DNA of 64,000 nucleotides from the human T2T-CHM13v2.0 reference genome, Homo sapiens, in NCBI RefSeq assembly GCF_009914755.1, contig NC_060925.1, one strand, 5' to 3'. Under the pieces are notes generated by a model. The model searched no databases. It had not been told where the DNA came from and was given only the letters and a program-made list of their open reading frames with translations. The translations under genes and the position numbers were made by a program. Shown here piece after piece: positions 38,865-54,170 of this stretch; position 1 is the stretch's first letter, and each line of letters starts with the position of its first letter.

Positions 38865-38870
38865 TTTATT
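38865..38870 (-). terminator. C1orf87: C1orf87 poly(A) signal AATAAA (3' UTR ~38845-39126)
   Basis: First canonical hexamer I found downstream of the stop codon, followed on the minus strand by a U-rich tract (catgtttgattttttcc). Confidence 0.75.
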
Positions 38871-39126
38871 AAAACAGAAGGAGATTCTAAGTAGCTGGGT
38901 TCTTGCCACATCAAAAGATAAAACTAGGTTTCCTCTGATCACTTTGAACTGCTTATGAGTGAGCATCATAGCCAGAAACTAAGTCCAAATCAAAAGCATC
39001 TACAATAGCTGCATCGGCCTCCACTCTGACAATGCCTCCGCCACTACACTTAGGCTGGGGAGAAACATGTGTCTGGGTAAAAAGGGAGATAAGGGAAACA
39101 TCTGTTCTCACAATATGGGCTTGTTA

Positions 39127-39287
39127 TCATAGCTCCTTTAAGTACCGCAGTGCTGGCTCCAAGAGCATATTTTCTCCCGAACGGAATCTGCGCAAGGCCT
39201 GGTCGATTTTCTGAGGGCTCAGGGACAGGTTGTAAATGAGATTGTAGTTGTGAATGAGGCGTCTGGCTCGTTCCTTCTCCAGAACTC
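39127..39287 (-). CDS. C1orf87: C1orf87 last coding exon: (G)VLEKERARRLIHNYNLIYNLSLSPQKIDQALRRFRSGENMLLEPALRYLKEL*
   Basis: Acceptor ccaatcacag|GA; 161 nt; phase 1 matches the previous exon; ends in TGA. Peptide recognised as the C1orf87 C-terminus. Confidence 0.95.
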
Positions 39288-39736
39288 CTGTGATTGGATT
39301 GGGTAGGAGGAAGGTTTTTTAAAGAGGATGGAGGGAAAACAGAGAAAACTATATATTAGCTTGAATGACTTCCAGGTAAAGACTAAATGCTAATACTTTG
39401 CAATTTTAAGCTTCTTAAAAATCAAGTGGCATATTAAAAAATATTTATAGCTGTGGGTATGCATCACAGATTTCAGGAAGAATCTGAGGGTGATTTCAGG
39501 GGAAAGAGAACAAGATGGGATCCAATAAGATCCATAGATAAATTCTAAAGCAATTTAGGCTTTTCTTTGTAACTTTAAAACTTGTAAGGCCAATTTTTGA
39601 AACACTGGGGGTGCCTAGCAAAAGTAACTTCTAATTGTCCTGAGTTCTTTTTATCTTGTTAAAGTCTCCAAACACATTCCTAAACATGCAGGGATTAAAC
39701 AGCTTATTTTAAAAATGCATTTCTCTAAATGTATTT

Positions 39737-40075
39737 ATAGATGTTCTTTGGTATCTGCAGGGATTAGGTCCATAATATTCCCCTCCCCAACAGTGATACC
39801 TACACCCATGGATGCTCAAGCCCCGATATAAAATGGAGTAGTATTTGCATGTAACCTATACACATTCTCCCATGTACTTTAAACCATCTCTAGATTACTT
39901 GTAACACCTAATACAATGCAATTGCAATGCAAATAGTTGTTATACTGTGTTTTAAAATTTGTACTTTTTTTTGTTGTCGTGTCATTATATTTTATTTCTA
40001 TTTTTTAAAATATTTTTGATATGCAGTTGGTTGAATCTGTAGTTGCGGAATACAAAGATGCAGAGGATTGACTGT
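39737..40075 (+). mobile_element. MER2 (Tigger-type) DNA transposon
   Basis: atggatgctcaagccccgatataaaatgg...ctttaaaccatctctagattac...gttggttgaatc...gattgactgt. Confidence 0.85.
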
Positions 40076-40678
40076 CCTGTGACTCCCTCCAGCTTGCTGT
40101 GCAATCACAGGTGAAGCATCTAACTTCTCATAGCTCAGAGTTTGAATCTGCGTAATAGAGGTGGTAATGTGTATGACTGCAGGATATGCTCTGGTACCCA
40201 CACATTATATATGCCAATACCAATGTCAGTATGCTTTCCATGTTAAGATTGGATAGATTTTGATGGCTGTTGGGAGGAGTCGCAGTGTAGACCACGGCAT
40301 CACTGAAGATCAATAACTCACTCATAAGCCCCTAATTGCAAATATCTATGTGTCAGATACTGTGCTTGGGAATACAGAAGATTTAGAGAATTTTTCTGCT
40401 ACCTCTGGAAGTTCTCTGTCCCGTGGGGGAGAGAAGTTATTCAGAAAATTAACTGGGATACAACAATAATAATTAAACAATATTTAAATATAAAATTTAC
40501 TATGTTCCAGGAACTGCTCCAAGCATTTCACCAATATTAACTAATTGAATCCTTACAATAACCCATTTCACAGAGGGCAAAACTAAAGCCTAGAGACTGC
40601 AAGTCTCTTGATTGCCTAAGGTTAACCACTACAGTACGTTATGGAATGAGGGAAAAGAGATTGCTTCAAGTAGGGGTC

Positions 40679-40681
40679 TAT

Positions 40682-40716
<35 letters not shown>

Positions 40717-41008
40717 TTTTTTATTTTGAGACAGGGTCTTACTCTGTTGCCTAGGCTGGAGTACAGAGGCACGATCATGGCTCACTGTAGCCTTGATCTC
40801 CTGGGCTCAAGGGATCCTCCCACCTAAGCCACATGAGTAGCCGGGATTGCAGGTATGTGCCACCACTCTCAGCTAATATTTTTATTTTTTGTAGTGATGA
40901 AGTTTCACTATGTGCCCAGACTGGTCTGGAACTCCTGAGCTCAAGCAACCCTCCCCCTAATGCCTTTCAAAGTGCTGGGATTATAGGCATGTGCCACTGT
41001 GCCTGGCC
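40679..41008 (-). mobile_element. AluJ (AluJo-like) with (TTTA)n tail
   Basis: Antisense Alu with J-type gctcactgtagccttgatctcctgggctcaag. Confidence 0.9.
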
Positions 41009-41548
41009 TCTTTTACTCTCCTTCATATGTGCGAACTGTAAGAGTGATGGTGAAATTCCTTCCTAAAGAATCCAGAGGCAGTGCCTTGTCATTTTGCGGA
41101 AAGCCACTACTAGTCCATTAGAGTTGGGCAATGGTAGATACTTATCATCTCAGTTTAAGATACCAAATATTACTCATTTTTAAATGTGCAAGTACTATTG
41201 TGCATGGTGCCACCTTCTCAACTACTCTCTAATGGCTATTTTTAACAGTAGGCCACAATAGGTGGGGTCCTAATTTATTCTGTTCTATTCCAGTGTGTTC
41301 ATTTTCTATTCTGTTCTGGTTTGTTCATTGCCTATTTATTGTCTGTCTCTCTTATTAGAACAGTGGTCCTTTCATTTATGTAAACCTCATTCTTTGAGTT
41401 GGCCAATTGCATCTTCGAAGTTTTCTGGATAGGATGGCTGCTCTCAGTCCTGTCTAGCTTTGCTTCCTCTGGCCATTTCTCCACACCCTGCCTCTGGAAA
41501 TATAAGACATGGATTTGGAATAAGTTTATGACTGTAAGAAAAAAAATG

Positions 41549-41718
41549 AGTGAGGTGTGGTGGCATGCACCAGCTAAGGTGGGAGGATCATTTGAGCCTG
41601 GGAGGTCGAGGCTGCAGTGAGTTGTGATCATGCCATTGCATTCTAGCCCAGGCAACGGAGTGAGGCCCCTGTCTTAAATAAATAAATAAATACATAAATA
41701 CATAAATACATAAATAAA
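41549..41718 (+). mobile_element. FRAM/AluJ right monomer with internal deletion and (TAAA/TACA)n tail
   Basis: ggaggatcatttgagcctgggaggtcgaggctgcagtgag. Confidence 0.8.
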
Positions 41719-42210
41719 TGTCAAAAGAGGAAAGAAAGAGGGAAAGAAGGAAAAGAAAACAGAGGTAATTAAATTGTGTGAAAATCAATAAAATATTAAG
41801 TTCACACAGTATCCAGTACTAGTAATCACTCAATAATGTGAAATTTTACCATAGGATAATTATAATAATTATGTCATCAACATTATTTTAAAAATATATA
41901 AACAGTATATATGTAATTGCTTATTAAAATAGATAGCATTTAGTTTATATTTTAATTAAAAATTAAAAGTTATGTTAAAAAATACATCTAGGAATCACAG
42001 TAGTATTTTCTATCTTCTAAGCTTTACCATTGATAGAAGATGCCTAGAGTCAAACAAAAAGTCCACTGAATGAAATTTGTATCTGTCTAATTTACTCTGT
42101 CATTAGGGGATGCCCAGAACAGCTGCATAAAATAGCCCTTACAATCCATCTTAGTGTTGGAAAGCCTGTCTTTTCTAACCAGAACCAAAATAAAAAAATA
42201 ATAAGAATCC

Positions 42211-42513
<303 letters not shown>

Positions 42514-44197
42514 TAAGAACATTTTCAACATCAACTTCATTGTACAGTATATAAAGAACTTTCAATCTTTTATCTCATTTGATCCGTTCTCAAATCTGGG
42601 AAGTATGTTTTATTATTATCAGTTTTACTTTGTAGATGAGGAAACAGGTGAAGAGAATGTAAGTGACTGGCTTTTACGGATCAACAATGGGTGGAGTCTG
42701 GATTTGAATCTAAATCTTCTGATTAAAAAAAAAAAACAAGCAAAATCGTGTGCTCTTTCTAGTATGTCATGGGACTGGGTGTAGTGGGGATTCATGGAGA
42801 GCTGGGCTTGAATTATGGCTCACCATCCTACTGGCTATTATTTTATCACTTTGAGCTTGGCTTTCTTCTCTGTAAATAAGGATACTAATCCCTTCAGCAT
42901 GTTGTTGATGTGAGAATTTAGTGATGTAGTATATGTAAAGTCCGGGCTCATGCAGAGGAATTTCTTTCAGGCTCTCATTGCATTCTCCCTCCTTGAACTC
43001 TAAAACACTTTCTATTTAGCTTTCACTTCACTGGGAAAATTCCAAATGCAACATTCACCCAGACATTTATCTTAACCACTGTTTTTTTTTCTTTAGAAAA
43101 CATGACTAGTTATTCATAATCATTCCTTATCCCTTCTCCTCAAGGCTATTTTGTTGACAACCCCCATTAGAGAATAAGCACAGTAGGTTCCCAGAAGCAC
43201 TGATGTGATGATGGATGGCCTGTCCTCATCCTGGATGGAGAACATGCTGGCCTACATATTTCTTTGCACATAATAAAGAATAGTGATTCATCCATGGGCA
43301 AAGCAGATATCATCTGCTCAGCATCTAGAATGGGGCTATGGTGGTCTGCTAAGTACTGTGGGTTAATAAACCACCAAAGTGACCTCAGTTAATCCTCTTT
43401 CCTCATTAAAGACAGTTGTAGATTTTCCCAGATCTGGCTGACACATTCCTTGGCTGTTGAGGAACTAATGAATTTCATGGAAACAGAGAAAACAGGCATA
43501 AATAGTGAAGAGGCAATGAGAAAGGCATTTCAAATCTGTCGGAATCTGCCTCCAAAGTCAACAAACTCCGTTTCTCCTCAGAACGGTTCAGAAGCATGAG
43601 AAATCTCCCAGTCTTTGGAGAGTGTCTTAGCAACTAAGTTTATGATCCATTATCCACTATCACAAGTAAGCATTTGTTTCTTTAGCAATGTCATTTTTTA
43701 AAAAAATGTTTTGTTATTGCTTGTAACCTCATCACCACTCTCATAGCCCTGTTGTGAATACCCAGACTCAGGGTTATTTCAATAATCTTTTCATCTCCTT
43801 CTCTCCAGTACCTTCCCTAAGTCATCCATCTCAGCTTTCATTATGCCTTCCTCCGCATGTACATTTGGATACTGGGTAAAGAATGAAGCCTCATCCTATC
43901 CCTTAGGGTTCATAATAGGTTCTCAACTTTACTGTATGTCCAACATCCACCTCCAGCAGTCCTGTCTTGGTACTCGCTTCTCCATCATACTCATTCTCAC
44001 CTTCTAACTTTTGCAGGAGATGACTTCAAACTCGGGATGACCTGTCCAACTGTCCAAATTCTACCTGAAGTCTCAGCTCAAGTTCTCTCTTTCTTGGAGT
44101 CCTCTCTTGGTCCCGGACCTCGCATTAGATGGTCAGCCTCATTTCATACCTTCACTTTCCTTTTGACTCTTGAACTCTTATTTGTGCCTTCATTTGT

Positions 44198-44280
44198 CTC
44201 AAACTCTTGGGCTCAAGTGATCTTCCCACCTCAGCCTCCCAAAGTGCTGGGATTACAGGCATGAGCCACCATGCCCAGCC
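44198..44280 (-). mobile_element. 3'-truncated (tailless) Alu/FLAM 5' fragment
   Basis: Alu nt ~1-85 only, no poly(A); flanked by tgt(gc/aa)cttcatttgt direct repeats at 44183-44197 and 44282-44296. Confidence 0.8.
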
Positions 44281-46065
44281 ATGTAACTTCATTTGTAATA
44301 CTTAATGCTGTGTTTTAATTTTGTTTGTTTACTGGCACTGAACTATTGTTAGTCTCTGTGTCTTACCTAAAGGTAAGCTCCTTGAGGCCAGAGACTATGT
44401 CTCATCCTTTCTGGTTTTCCTCTTGGTTCAGCCTCTAACACAGTTCTAGGCTCATAACGGATTTTTAATAAATAACTTTATAATTCAACCAGATGAATCT
44501 TTCAATTAAAATTTTCAGGTTTTTTTTTCTCTTTGGTATAATTATTAAGAGTCCCTGGATTTTGTATGGCAATTATACTTCCTCGTGGTCTAGAATTAAG
44601 TTGCTTTGGAAATTCAAAGCAAAACAAAAACACACAAAGAGAATGAAAAGACAGACATTGCTATTGTCATATGATTACTTCTAGATGGTACTAATGTGTA
44701 CACCAACTCTTCATGAACCACAGTATGTAAATAAATAAGACATTTTGGGACCATGTGCTTTTCTATCTGCTCCCTCTTTTCCCAGCACTCTGATGTGGTT
44801 CTAGACTTCATTCTCTCTCTCCTTTCCACTTTCCCTTATTTCACTTTCTCCTTCATTCTGCACATAGTCATCAAGGATCCTTCTGAAGTACAACTTCATT
44901 ACACCACTCCTCTACTTAGAAACTCTCCGTGCTCTCATTATCTTTGAATTGACTCCAAATTCCTTGGTCTGGCATTTAAAATCTTTCAATATCTGGCCCC
45001 ATTCTTTATTTCCATCTTTATCATTTAATATTCTTTTTAATAGCCCCTATATTGAGCACCCTGCACTGAGCTTCACACACAGCATTTGCACCTTTGCCAG
45101 AAAAGGCTACTTCATTCCTTTGTGACCAAACTGCATTTTAAGTTTAATGATCAATTTAACATTAACAAAGCCTTCCATGATGACCCCACCAGGAAGAAAT
45201 TCACTTTTCTCTGAATGCCCACAGAGCATACTCTAACAACATTTATCACCATCTATCTTGGATTTGGTTATTTACGCACACTGGCTCATGTATTTCTTTC
45301 CTCAAAACAAAACTGTGCAAGGTGCCAGGGATAAACAAGGAAGATAGTCTACTGGTGAGATAGTAATAAGCCCCCAAATAAAAATATACAATATGTTGCA
45401 TATGATGATGGATGTTAAAGAATCCTAAGAAGCCATAGGAAAGTTGGCCTAGATCTGTCTGGGAGTCTCAGGGGAATTGTGTTTGAATTCAAACATAAAA
45501 GATGTTTAGGTATTGATTAGCCAGGGGACAAGATGGGGAGTTCGTGGGGGTTGGGGTAAGTAGAGAGGAAACAAAGAGCCCAGATGAAAGGCTGGGAGTT
45601 AGAAATGGCACAGGCGTGTGCGAGACAAGGCCTGCTTGAGGCAAGGCAAGTTATTCATTATTACTGGGCAGGACGTGCTGAGAGAATATCAATAGTAGGA
45701 GAAGAGATTGGCCAGGTGGATAGGGACCAGATTTTGCCTTGCTAAGGAGTTTGGAGTTCATCCTCTTATCAGTGGGGTATCTCTGAGGTATTTTAATCAG
45801 AGGAATTATAAAATTGGATTGTGGGTTTACTTTTTGGCAGTAGGGTGCAGGAAGTATTGGGAATACAGAGAAATTATAAGCAATCTGGTATGGGATTCCT
45901 GTCTGATTCGTCTTCATATTTCTGGATTGTGCTCAGCACATTGCAGGGCACATGATTTATATATTAATTGTATCATTTGTTCAAGAGGCAAAAGAAAATG
46001 AGGTGCCTACTTTTAGACTAGACCACAAATAGAAACCTATGCCAGCTTTACAATTCATACTTCAC

Positions 46066-46273
46066 CTGTGTTACTCAGATCACACAGGTAGAGGGCATTT
46101 TCCAGCTTCCTGAACCTGTCTATCCACGTCTCACATTCCTCAGCCTTGTTCTTCACAGCTGGATTCACGAAGGGCTGGGAGACTGGCCTGATCTTTAAAG
46201 GTTTCAGAGGATCTTTGCAGGCTGAAGTTTCAGCAGGAGAGCTTTCTGGCTGCAGCTCCTCTTCTGGAGTTTT
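46066..46273 (-). CDS. C1orf87: C1orf87 penultimate exon: KTPEEELQPESSPAETSACKDPLKPLKIRPVSQPFVNPAVKNKAEECETWIDRFRKLENALYLCDLSNT(G)
   Basis: Acceptor ttttgttgttttggtag|AAA; donor ACAG|gtgaag; 208 nt open frame (phase 0 to 1). Confidence 0.95.
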
Positions 46274-48099
46274 CTACCAAAACAACAAAAGCATTGGCAA
46301 CACATTCACCACCCAGAGCTTCTCCAATCTCTTGGCCAAAGATGAGGCCACACAACTAGCAAGATTTATAGCAAGGTTTGAGTTTGGAAAGCTAAGAGGA
46401 TGAGCTTCAAATCTTCAGTGCCATAAGATCATATCTGCCAAATCTTGCTGGATACAAACATGTGAAGTGTGTGTGTCTAAAGAGAAGGGTGACATCATGA
46501 TTTTTATTCAGTTTTCATTTTTGACTTGCATGAAGCAAAGAACTTTGTAACTGACTGAGGCTTTTCATGATGTTCTACTCTGTTTTGTACTAGTGGGGTC
46601 TGCAGGGGGTAGACTTCAGACAATGCTCATACTTCTTGAAAGAAATACTTCTGGGTCATGAGTGTGAGGTTTTTGACAAAAGATGATCGAAACAATAATG
46701 ATGTTATCTTAGGCTTGTGGGTCCATTTCAAAGGATGTTAAAGCACTCTTAGTCTGCCAGTCCTGTTCATTTAGCAAAGGAGGCTGGGGCCCAGAAAGTA
46801 CAAGTGGTTTACTAAGATCACACACATCTTAGAGTAGACCTAAGACTAGAAGCAGGGCATAAAGGCTAGCTCATCTTAGTATCCTAAATTCATTGCCAGT
46901 ATAAAATAGAGGTGTTTTAGAATTAAATAGACACATCAGTCCCAGCAGTGCCATATAAGGCATTCTGATCTTTACCATGTGCAGTGAGTGGGCATCTATT
47001 ATTTGATCTGCCCAGCCCACCTTTTGCAGAAATTGCCCTTCCTGCTGACCCACACAGCTGTGGAAAGAACTGCCATGTTCTATCTGCATAGTTTAGGACT
47101 GGGCATCTAATACAAAATGAACCAAAAACCCATTGTCCAGGAATTTTGGTACTATTTGTGAGAGAAAAATGGAGGTGATTATGTGTGAGATATTGGAACT
47201 CTAGCAGGTTTTCCATTTTGTGTACTGCAAATGAGAAAAAGCTGGTCTACTGAGAAAGAGAGAGAATATGAAGCTGACAACGAGAGAAGAAAAAAGATAT
47301 AGGAAGTCTTGATGGTGTTAGAGTCTCTGGTTTTAGTTCATTGTTGCATTTCTGTCCTTTGAGAGTATAATATGCTTCTCTATTCTTCCAATAAATTAAG
47401 CTAGTAGAGTTGGTTTTGTTCATTGAAATCTAAATATTCCTAATTAATTCACCATAAAATTATGCCTCTAACTTTTGTATACCATCTGTGTTCCCCCAAC
47501 TTTCAAATGTCTGAATTTTTCCAATTTTGTACCTTTGTCTCAAACTTCTCGTATATAAGCTGTGAGAATCCCAGAGCCCTAAAGAATTGTAAGTGCAATA
47601 AGAAGCCAAATTCTGAGTTGGTTAACAAACATGGATTAAGTTGCTGCTGGGGAATGTAAAGAATTCTTTTGTTTGAGATCATGGAATGCTATATGAAATT
47701 GTACCCACATGGATGACAAACAACCAGTACGTCTTAACGGATTCCTATAAAAAGAATTCTACTTTGATAAAATCAATTTTGTGAAAAGCAGAAAGTTTTC
47801 ATATAGTAAATTAGAATAGTGATTCTTATACTTTTTTTAGAGCATTGGACTACTTTAGAAATCAGATGAAAGCTTTAGAAAATCTGACCAGATTAATGCA
47901 CATTTGCATACATTTTGATGGATAATTTTAGAGAGATCACAGGTGCCCTTGGATCTGAGAAATTACTTTTAAGTAGTTTTATATTTCTTTAGATAGTTCA
48001 ACACTCTCTCTTTGACCACTGAAGACAAGGAAAAGGGGAGATTTGTAGGGACCTGAATCAGACTTAAGCAAGTAACTAACAATGTAACTAATACATCCT

Positions 48100-48620
48100 T
48101 CACTGTTTTGGTCCCACTGTATCTGGATGAAGTTCACATTCCTTGGGTGGCACACAAAACCATTTATATTCTAGTTATTGCTTATCTACCCAGCTAATCT
48201 TCTTTTAGTCCTATATACATATCTTCTTCTTTGGCCACAAAAACCTGAAAAATGGAAGCTGTTTTATACCTTTTTGCCTTTATAATGTTGTTACTTCTGT
48301 TTTAAAAACCCTTCTTGCCATATATGCCTTGATTGTTTGGGTTCTTACTCATTCTTCAAGACTTGGCTAATTGTTTATTTCCTGTGGGACGCCTTCCCCA
48401 ACAGCGCCAGGCTGGGCAAGAGGTGATTCTTTGTAGCTCCCCATCACAGCACTCCTACTGGATGTTGTCTATGTCTGTTTCAAATATTACCTCTACCAGA
48501 GATCCAGAGGTTGAGCCTGTGAGATAGTTTTTAATGTATCCTTGAGGTCTGGCTAGTGGCTGGCACACAGTAGGTTGTCAAGACATGTTTAATGAATGAA
48601 TAAGTGAATGAATGAATGAT
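48100..48620 (+). mobile_element. L2 3' fragment
   Basis: Ends tggcacacagtaggttgtcaagacatgtttaatgaatgaataagtgaatgaatgaatg. Confidence 0.65.
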
Positions 48621-49533
48621 TTTCTCAGGGACAATAGGAAACTTGCTTTACCAGACCCCTGCTTCAATTTGCCTTTCTAAAAAGTGGGACAATCAATTCC
48701 GTTTGTACAGGAATGTGAGAAGAATCAATTATCGCAGAGATGCAATAAATTCTTTAAACAAGAAGCAAAATAAAAGAGCAAAGTATATTTTTTATAATCT
48801 TATTCACAACAGACTTAACACTCAAGGAGAAAAGCATTTGCTGTTGTTTCTTGCATGGCAAGAGGCTTGCCAAAATGGGTACTATTTTCTAAAATATTTC
48901 AACGTGTGAAGTGCATGAGGAGGCCTCCCGTCATTTTAAGATGAATTATGTTCTAATCCGGGCATTTAAAAAACAACAACAGAAAAACTCAGGCTGTTTT
49001 TAAATTCTGTCTACAACTTCTCCTGGCTAAATGCTGGGAATATTAAAATGGGTTTTAACTGCTTGCCAGATTTTTTTCTTTCTTTCTTCTTTTTAATCAG
49101 AGAGGCTATTACATTTTAAAATGTGGTGTCTGGGGAAAAGGTCACCCTCAGTTTCTGGAAGTTGGAATTAAGATGTTAAAATAGATCTCATAATCACTCT
49201 TTATTTTGATGGCAGTTTGTGAATCGGTCACAAGCTTTGGAAGGACACCCAGACGTATGCTACAAGTCCAATTTCTTGGGGCAGGTGGCAAGCCCATCAC
49301 CACGTGATGGCAATAGGTTTCTGCAAACCAGCAAGGACAGAAACTAACCCACACTTAAGTAGTTCTTTTGCCTCCTTCTTTGCCCAAGGAGAGTCTTGAA
49401 GTCAAAGACAGTCTGACATCAAGGGTTTGGGAGAAAATCAAAACCCACAGGAGAGAGCCCCATCCAGCATCAGAGAAAAGGCCAAGTATCCATGAAAACC
49501 TTCCCCCAAACTCTATATACCCCAGGTGCATAC

Positions 49534-49613
49534 CATATGTTCAGTTTTGCTTTGAGACATCTCGGGGACTTCAGGCTCCATTGGAGGGGCAGGGGCTTTC
49601 TTTTCATTCTTCC
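49534..49613 (-). CDS. C1orf87: C1orf87 internal exon: (G)KNEKKAPAPPMEPEVPEMSQSKTEHM
   Basis: Acceptor ttttattcttgttcag|GG; donor ATG|gtatgc; 80 nt (phase 1 to 0), in frame with neighbouring exons. Confidence 0.95.
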
Positions 49614-50647
49614 CTGAACAAGAATAAAAAAAAAAAAAGGAAGGGTTTAGCTTGGTCTCTTCATTTAACACACACATATACACAAGGCAACAACAACAAC
49701 AACAAAAAAATGGAGGCTTTGCTCTGTGGTTGGCACTGTGTTAGGTAATGGGAACACTCTGATGAGTGAGAAAAACCTGATTCCCACCCTGGTGGACCTC
49801 AGATTTGGAAGTAGATGTTAAACAATGACTCTAAATTTTTATTTAGTTACAACTTACTATAAATAAAACTAAAGAAAAATATGAGAAAATAGGAAAGTAT
49901 TTAAACTTCTTTGGAGGCCGGGGTAACAGTGGTGGGGGTTTCGGAGGAAGTGACACAAATTCGCAACCTGAAGGATTGGTTTTAGTTGTGTTTGTAGCAC
50001 TTATCACTACTGAAGAGGAGTTATCCAGGCAAAGATGATGATGGTGATGCACACAGAGCAGAGAGTTCCAGAAAAGCAGAGACAACAACCTGTAGCAAGG
50101 CCCTAAGAAAGGCTTTTGTAACTTAGGGAGTTGAAGGGACGTCTTCCTGTGGTCCTGCCTCTTAAGAACCTCTGCCCCTCCTTTTACACACACATGCACC
50201 CAAAGGACCAGGCACAACCTTTCTCATCTTCCTTCCTTGCTTCTTTCAATGGTCGGTGGTACTGGACGGGAAGAGGTTGAACAGCCTCATCCCTAATCCA
50301 GTGGATTCTGTTTTCCAGGTACTACTTGCAGCAGGCTGCTGCCTTCATGAACAGAAGAGATTTCCACAGGATGCAGGAAAAACACAAACAAATATTAAGA
50401 CCTGTGGAAATCCTCTGAGCCTTATTGTAGGTATCCTTCATTGATCACTCAGTACCTTCCATCTGACTTGGTGACTTATTTATTTTGCAAGTCTGCGGAT
50501 GACTGTACAGCACAGGTTTCTGGGAGCCTCAGCTTTATTAATCAGTGCATAATTCAGATATGCCATTAACAAATGTATATTATTTCTAAATTGAGTCTCA
50601 CTATTTTTAATAAAAATGATTTAATCAATACATTTTAAACAAAGGAG

Positions 50648-51947
<1,300 letters not shown>

Positions 51948-53339
51948 AGAAAGTGTAAAGCAAATACCTGAAACACAGCGACTGTTCAGTGAATGTTAAC
52001 TAATAGTGTTATCTAGGTAAGGATATTTTTACAAATAAATTCACATATCAATTTAAAAGCCATTTGTTATATGGAATTTTAGCATCAAACTTACAAATCA
52101 TTGTGAAAGTTCTCCCTCAGTTTCTTGATGAAGAAGACATGTGATTTCATAACCTTCTTTGAAGCCCCAGCACCCCTCATTAGAATTAAATACTCAATGA
52201 ATACATGTTAAATAAATGACCATGTGTTCTAATACGTAGTTTGAAAAATAAAGTCACTAGACATTTAGTGCCATTTTTCCAAATTCTTTTCCAATCCTGG
52301 GAGAGGAGTAATTTTTCTCTGTGTTTCTTTATCCTCTCATATCTACCCCAGATGCTATATAGAGCAAACCTTAATAGTGGCTAAATGAAGAGTATGATGG
52401 CATCCAGTTAGGGCGGCCTTTTGAGGCAGATCTTATTTGATCTGTTGAACGTTTAAGTTGTCACGAGAACCCATCCTCAACTAGTAGCATTGGCTACTGC
52501 TTATTTCAACCAATATGTGAAAGAAAAGCTTTCTGTTTATTATAAGAGGTTCAAAATACTCTGAATCATACAGCTCTCCTGTTAAAGGGATTCTTGAAGC
52601 AGTACGTGGGGAAAGGGGAGGAGGATGAACAGACAGACCTAACATCTAACCCTGATTCTTCTCTTTACCAGCTTCAAGCTTTTGGATCTTAATTCTTTCA
52701 TTTGTGAAATTACAGAAATTTGCAATAATACTGTGGGGATTAAAGAAAAAAACCTACGTAAAATACCTAACACAGGGAAGATGCTCAATTCAAGGTATTA
52801 TTATCTGTTGTTGTGTTATTATTATTATGTGCCCTTAAGCAAATCGAGCTTCCCCAGAGAAGAGAAACTAACATTAATTATGATGTCCCAGACATTTTTT
52901 GGGACACTGTTTAATGCATTATCCTTTTAAAAATAAGATCTAGAACATAAACTTTGTCCTAGCCCCATTCCTCTCTACCGTCTGCACTTCTAAAACTTCC
53001 ATTAGGAAAAAATACATACTAGTCTACTTGGTCTCTTTTAAGCTTCCCTTTCTCCTTCCTAATACCTAACAGCATATAAAAAGGTAATGGCTTGCACATG
53101 TAAAAATTGTTTGAAAAACCTGAGGCAGAGCTATTTTTTTTTCTTTCTAACACAGCAAGAAGGATAAATAATAACCATCTGTCTAGTCTGCCAGTTGAAG
53201 ATTTGTACCAGAGGAAATAAGCCAAGCTGGCTTCTAGAGATTTCCAGGTGTTGGAGGGCCAGGTTTTACAGGGTTTCCAGTGGGTTCTGATAGTTACGTA
53301 GCCAGCGCTCCTGTCTGCCCTCACTAATGACTTGAAATC

Positions 53340-53517
53340 AGTAGCCTTTAGCACTGGCTGCATGTTAGACCCACCTGGGCAGCTTTAAAAATTACCAGTG
53401 CTCAGGCATCACACCAGACCAATTAAGTCAGAATCTCAGGAGGTGAGAACCCAACTCAGTACTTTTTAAAAAATTCCCTAGGTGATTCTAAAGTAAAACC
53501 AGGATAGAGAACAACTG
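53340..53517. mobile_element. MER5A (hAT-Charlie)
   Basis: cacctgggcagctttaaaaatt...ccagaccaattaagtcagaatctc...ccctaggtgattctaa...gagaacaactg. Confidence 0.8.
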
Positions 53518-53744
53518 ACTTTAATAAAAGCTTCTGGCTTCAGTGGGCCTACTGAATGAAGCTTTTGTGAGAAGGAAACTCATATATGTCAAATATCTAG
53601 AAATGACAGACATTTCCACATCATCTAAAGAATTATCCCTGTGAGGTAGAAATCATCCCCATTTGACAGATGAGGAAACTGAGGCAATGAATGTTTTAGT
53701 TTCCTTTTTAAGACAACAGAGGCAGGGTTACGTCTGTGGCTTGA

Positions 53745-54170
53745 ACTAATTCATTCATGTAACAAACATTTAAGTGCTTACTATATGCTGGGCACTATAG
53801 GACAGAATCTTTGCTTCATGGAGTGTGCATTCTGATGGAGAGAACAAAGAGATGCATCAAAGAATGTCAGGTAGTGATAAGTGCTATAAACACAGCTAAA
53901 ACCAATGATTAGGGGATGGAAAGTAATGATAGCTGCCATTTTAGATAGATAATTCATCAATGACCTCTTTAAAGAAGTGACATTTAAATAAAACCCTGAA
54001 TGGAGGAGAAACAAGAGAGCAAGCTGTGAAAATATATGGATAAAGAGCATTGGAGGAAAATGTTACAGCAAAGGCTAAGGCCATGAGGCAGGAGTGATTG
54101 GTGCATCAAGCAATAACTGAGAGCAGAGCCTGGGTGAGGCAGAATGAAAAGGGAAGAGAAATGGGTGAAG
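53745..54170 (-). mobile_element. L2 fragment
   Basis: ttcattcatgtaacaaacatttaagtgcttactatatgctgggcact is the antisense L2 3' end. Confidence 0.7.

Noticed and set aside
46146-46403. 85-aa plus-strand ORF, also 49368-49748 and 39032-39214
   Set aside because: Antisense shadows of the real C1orf87 exons on the minus strand.
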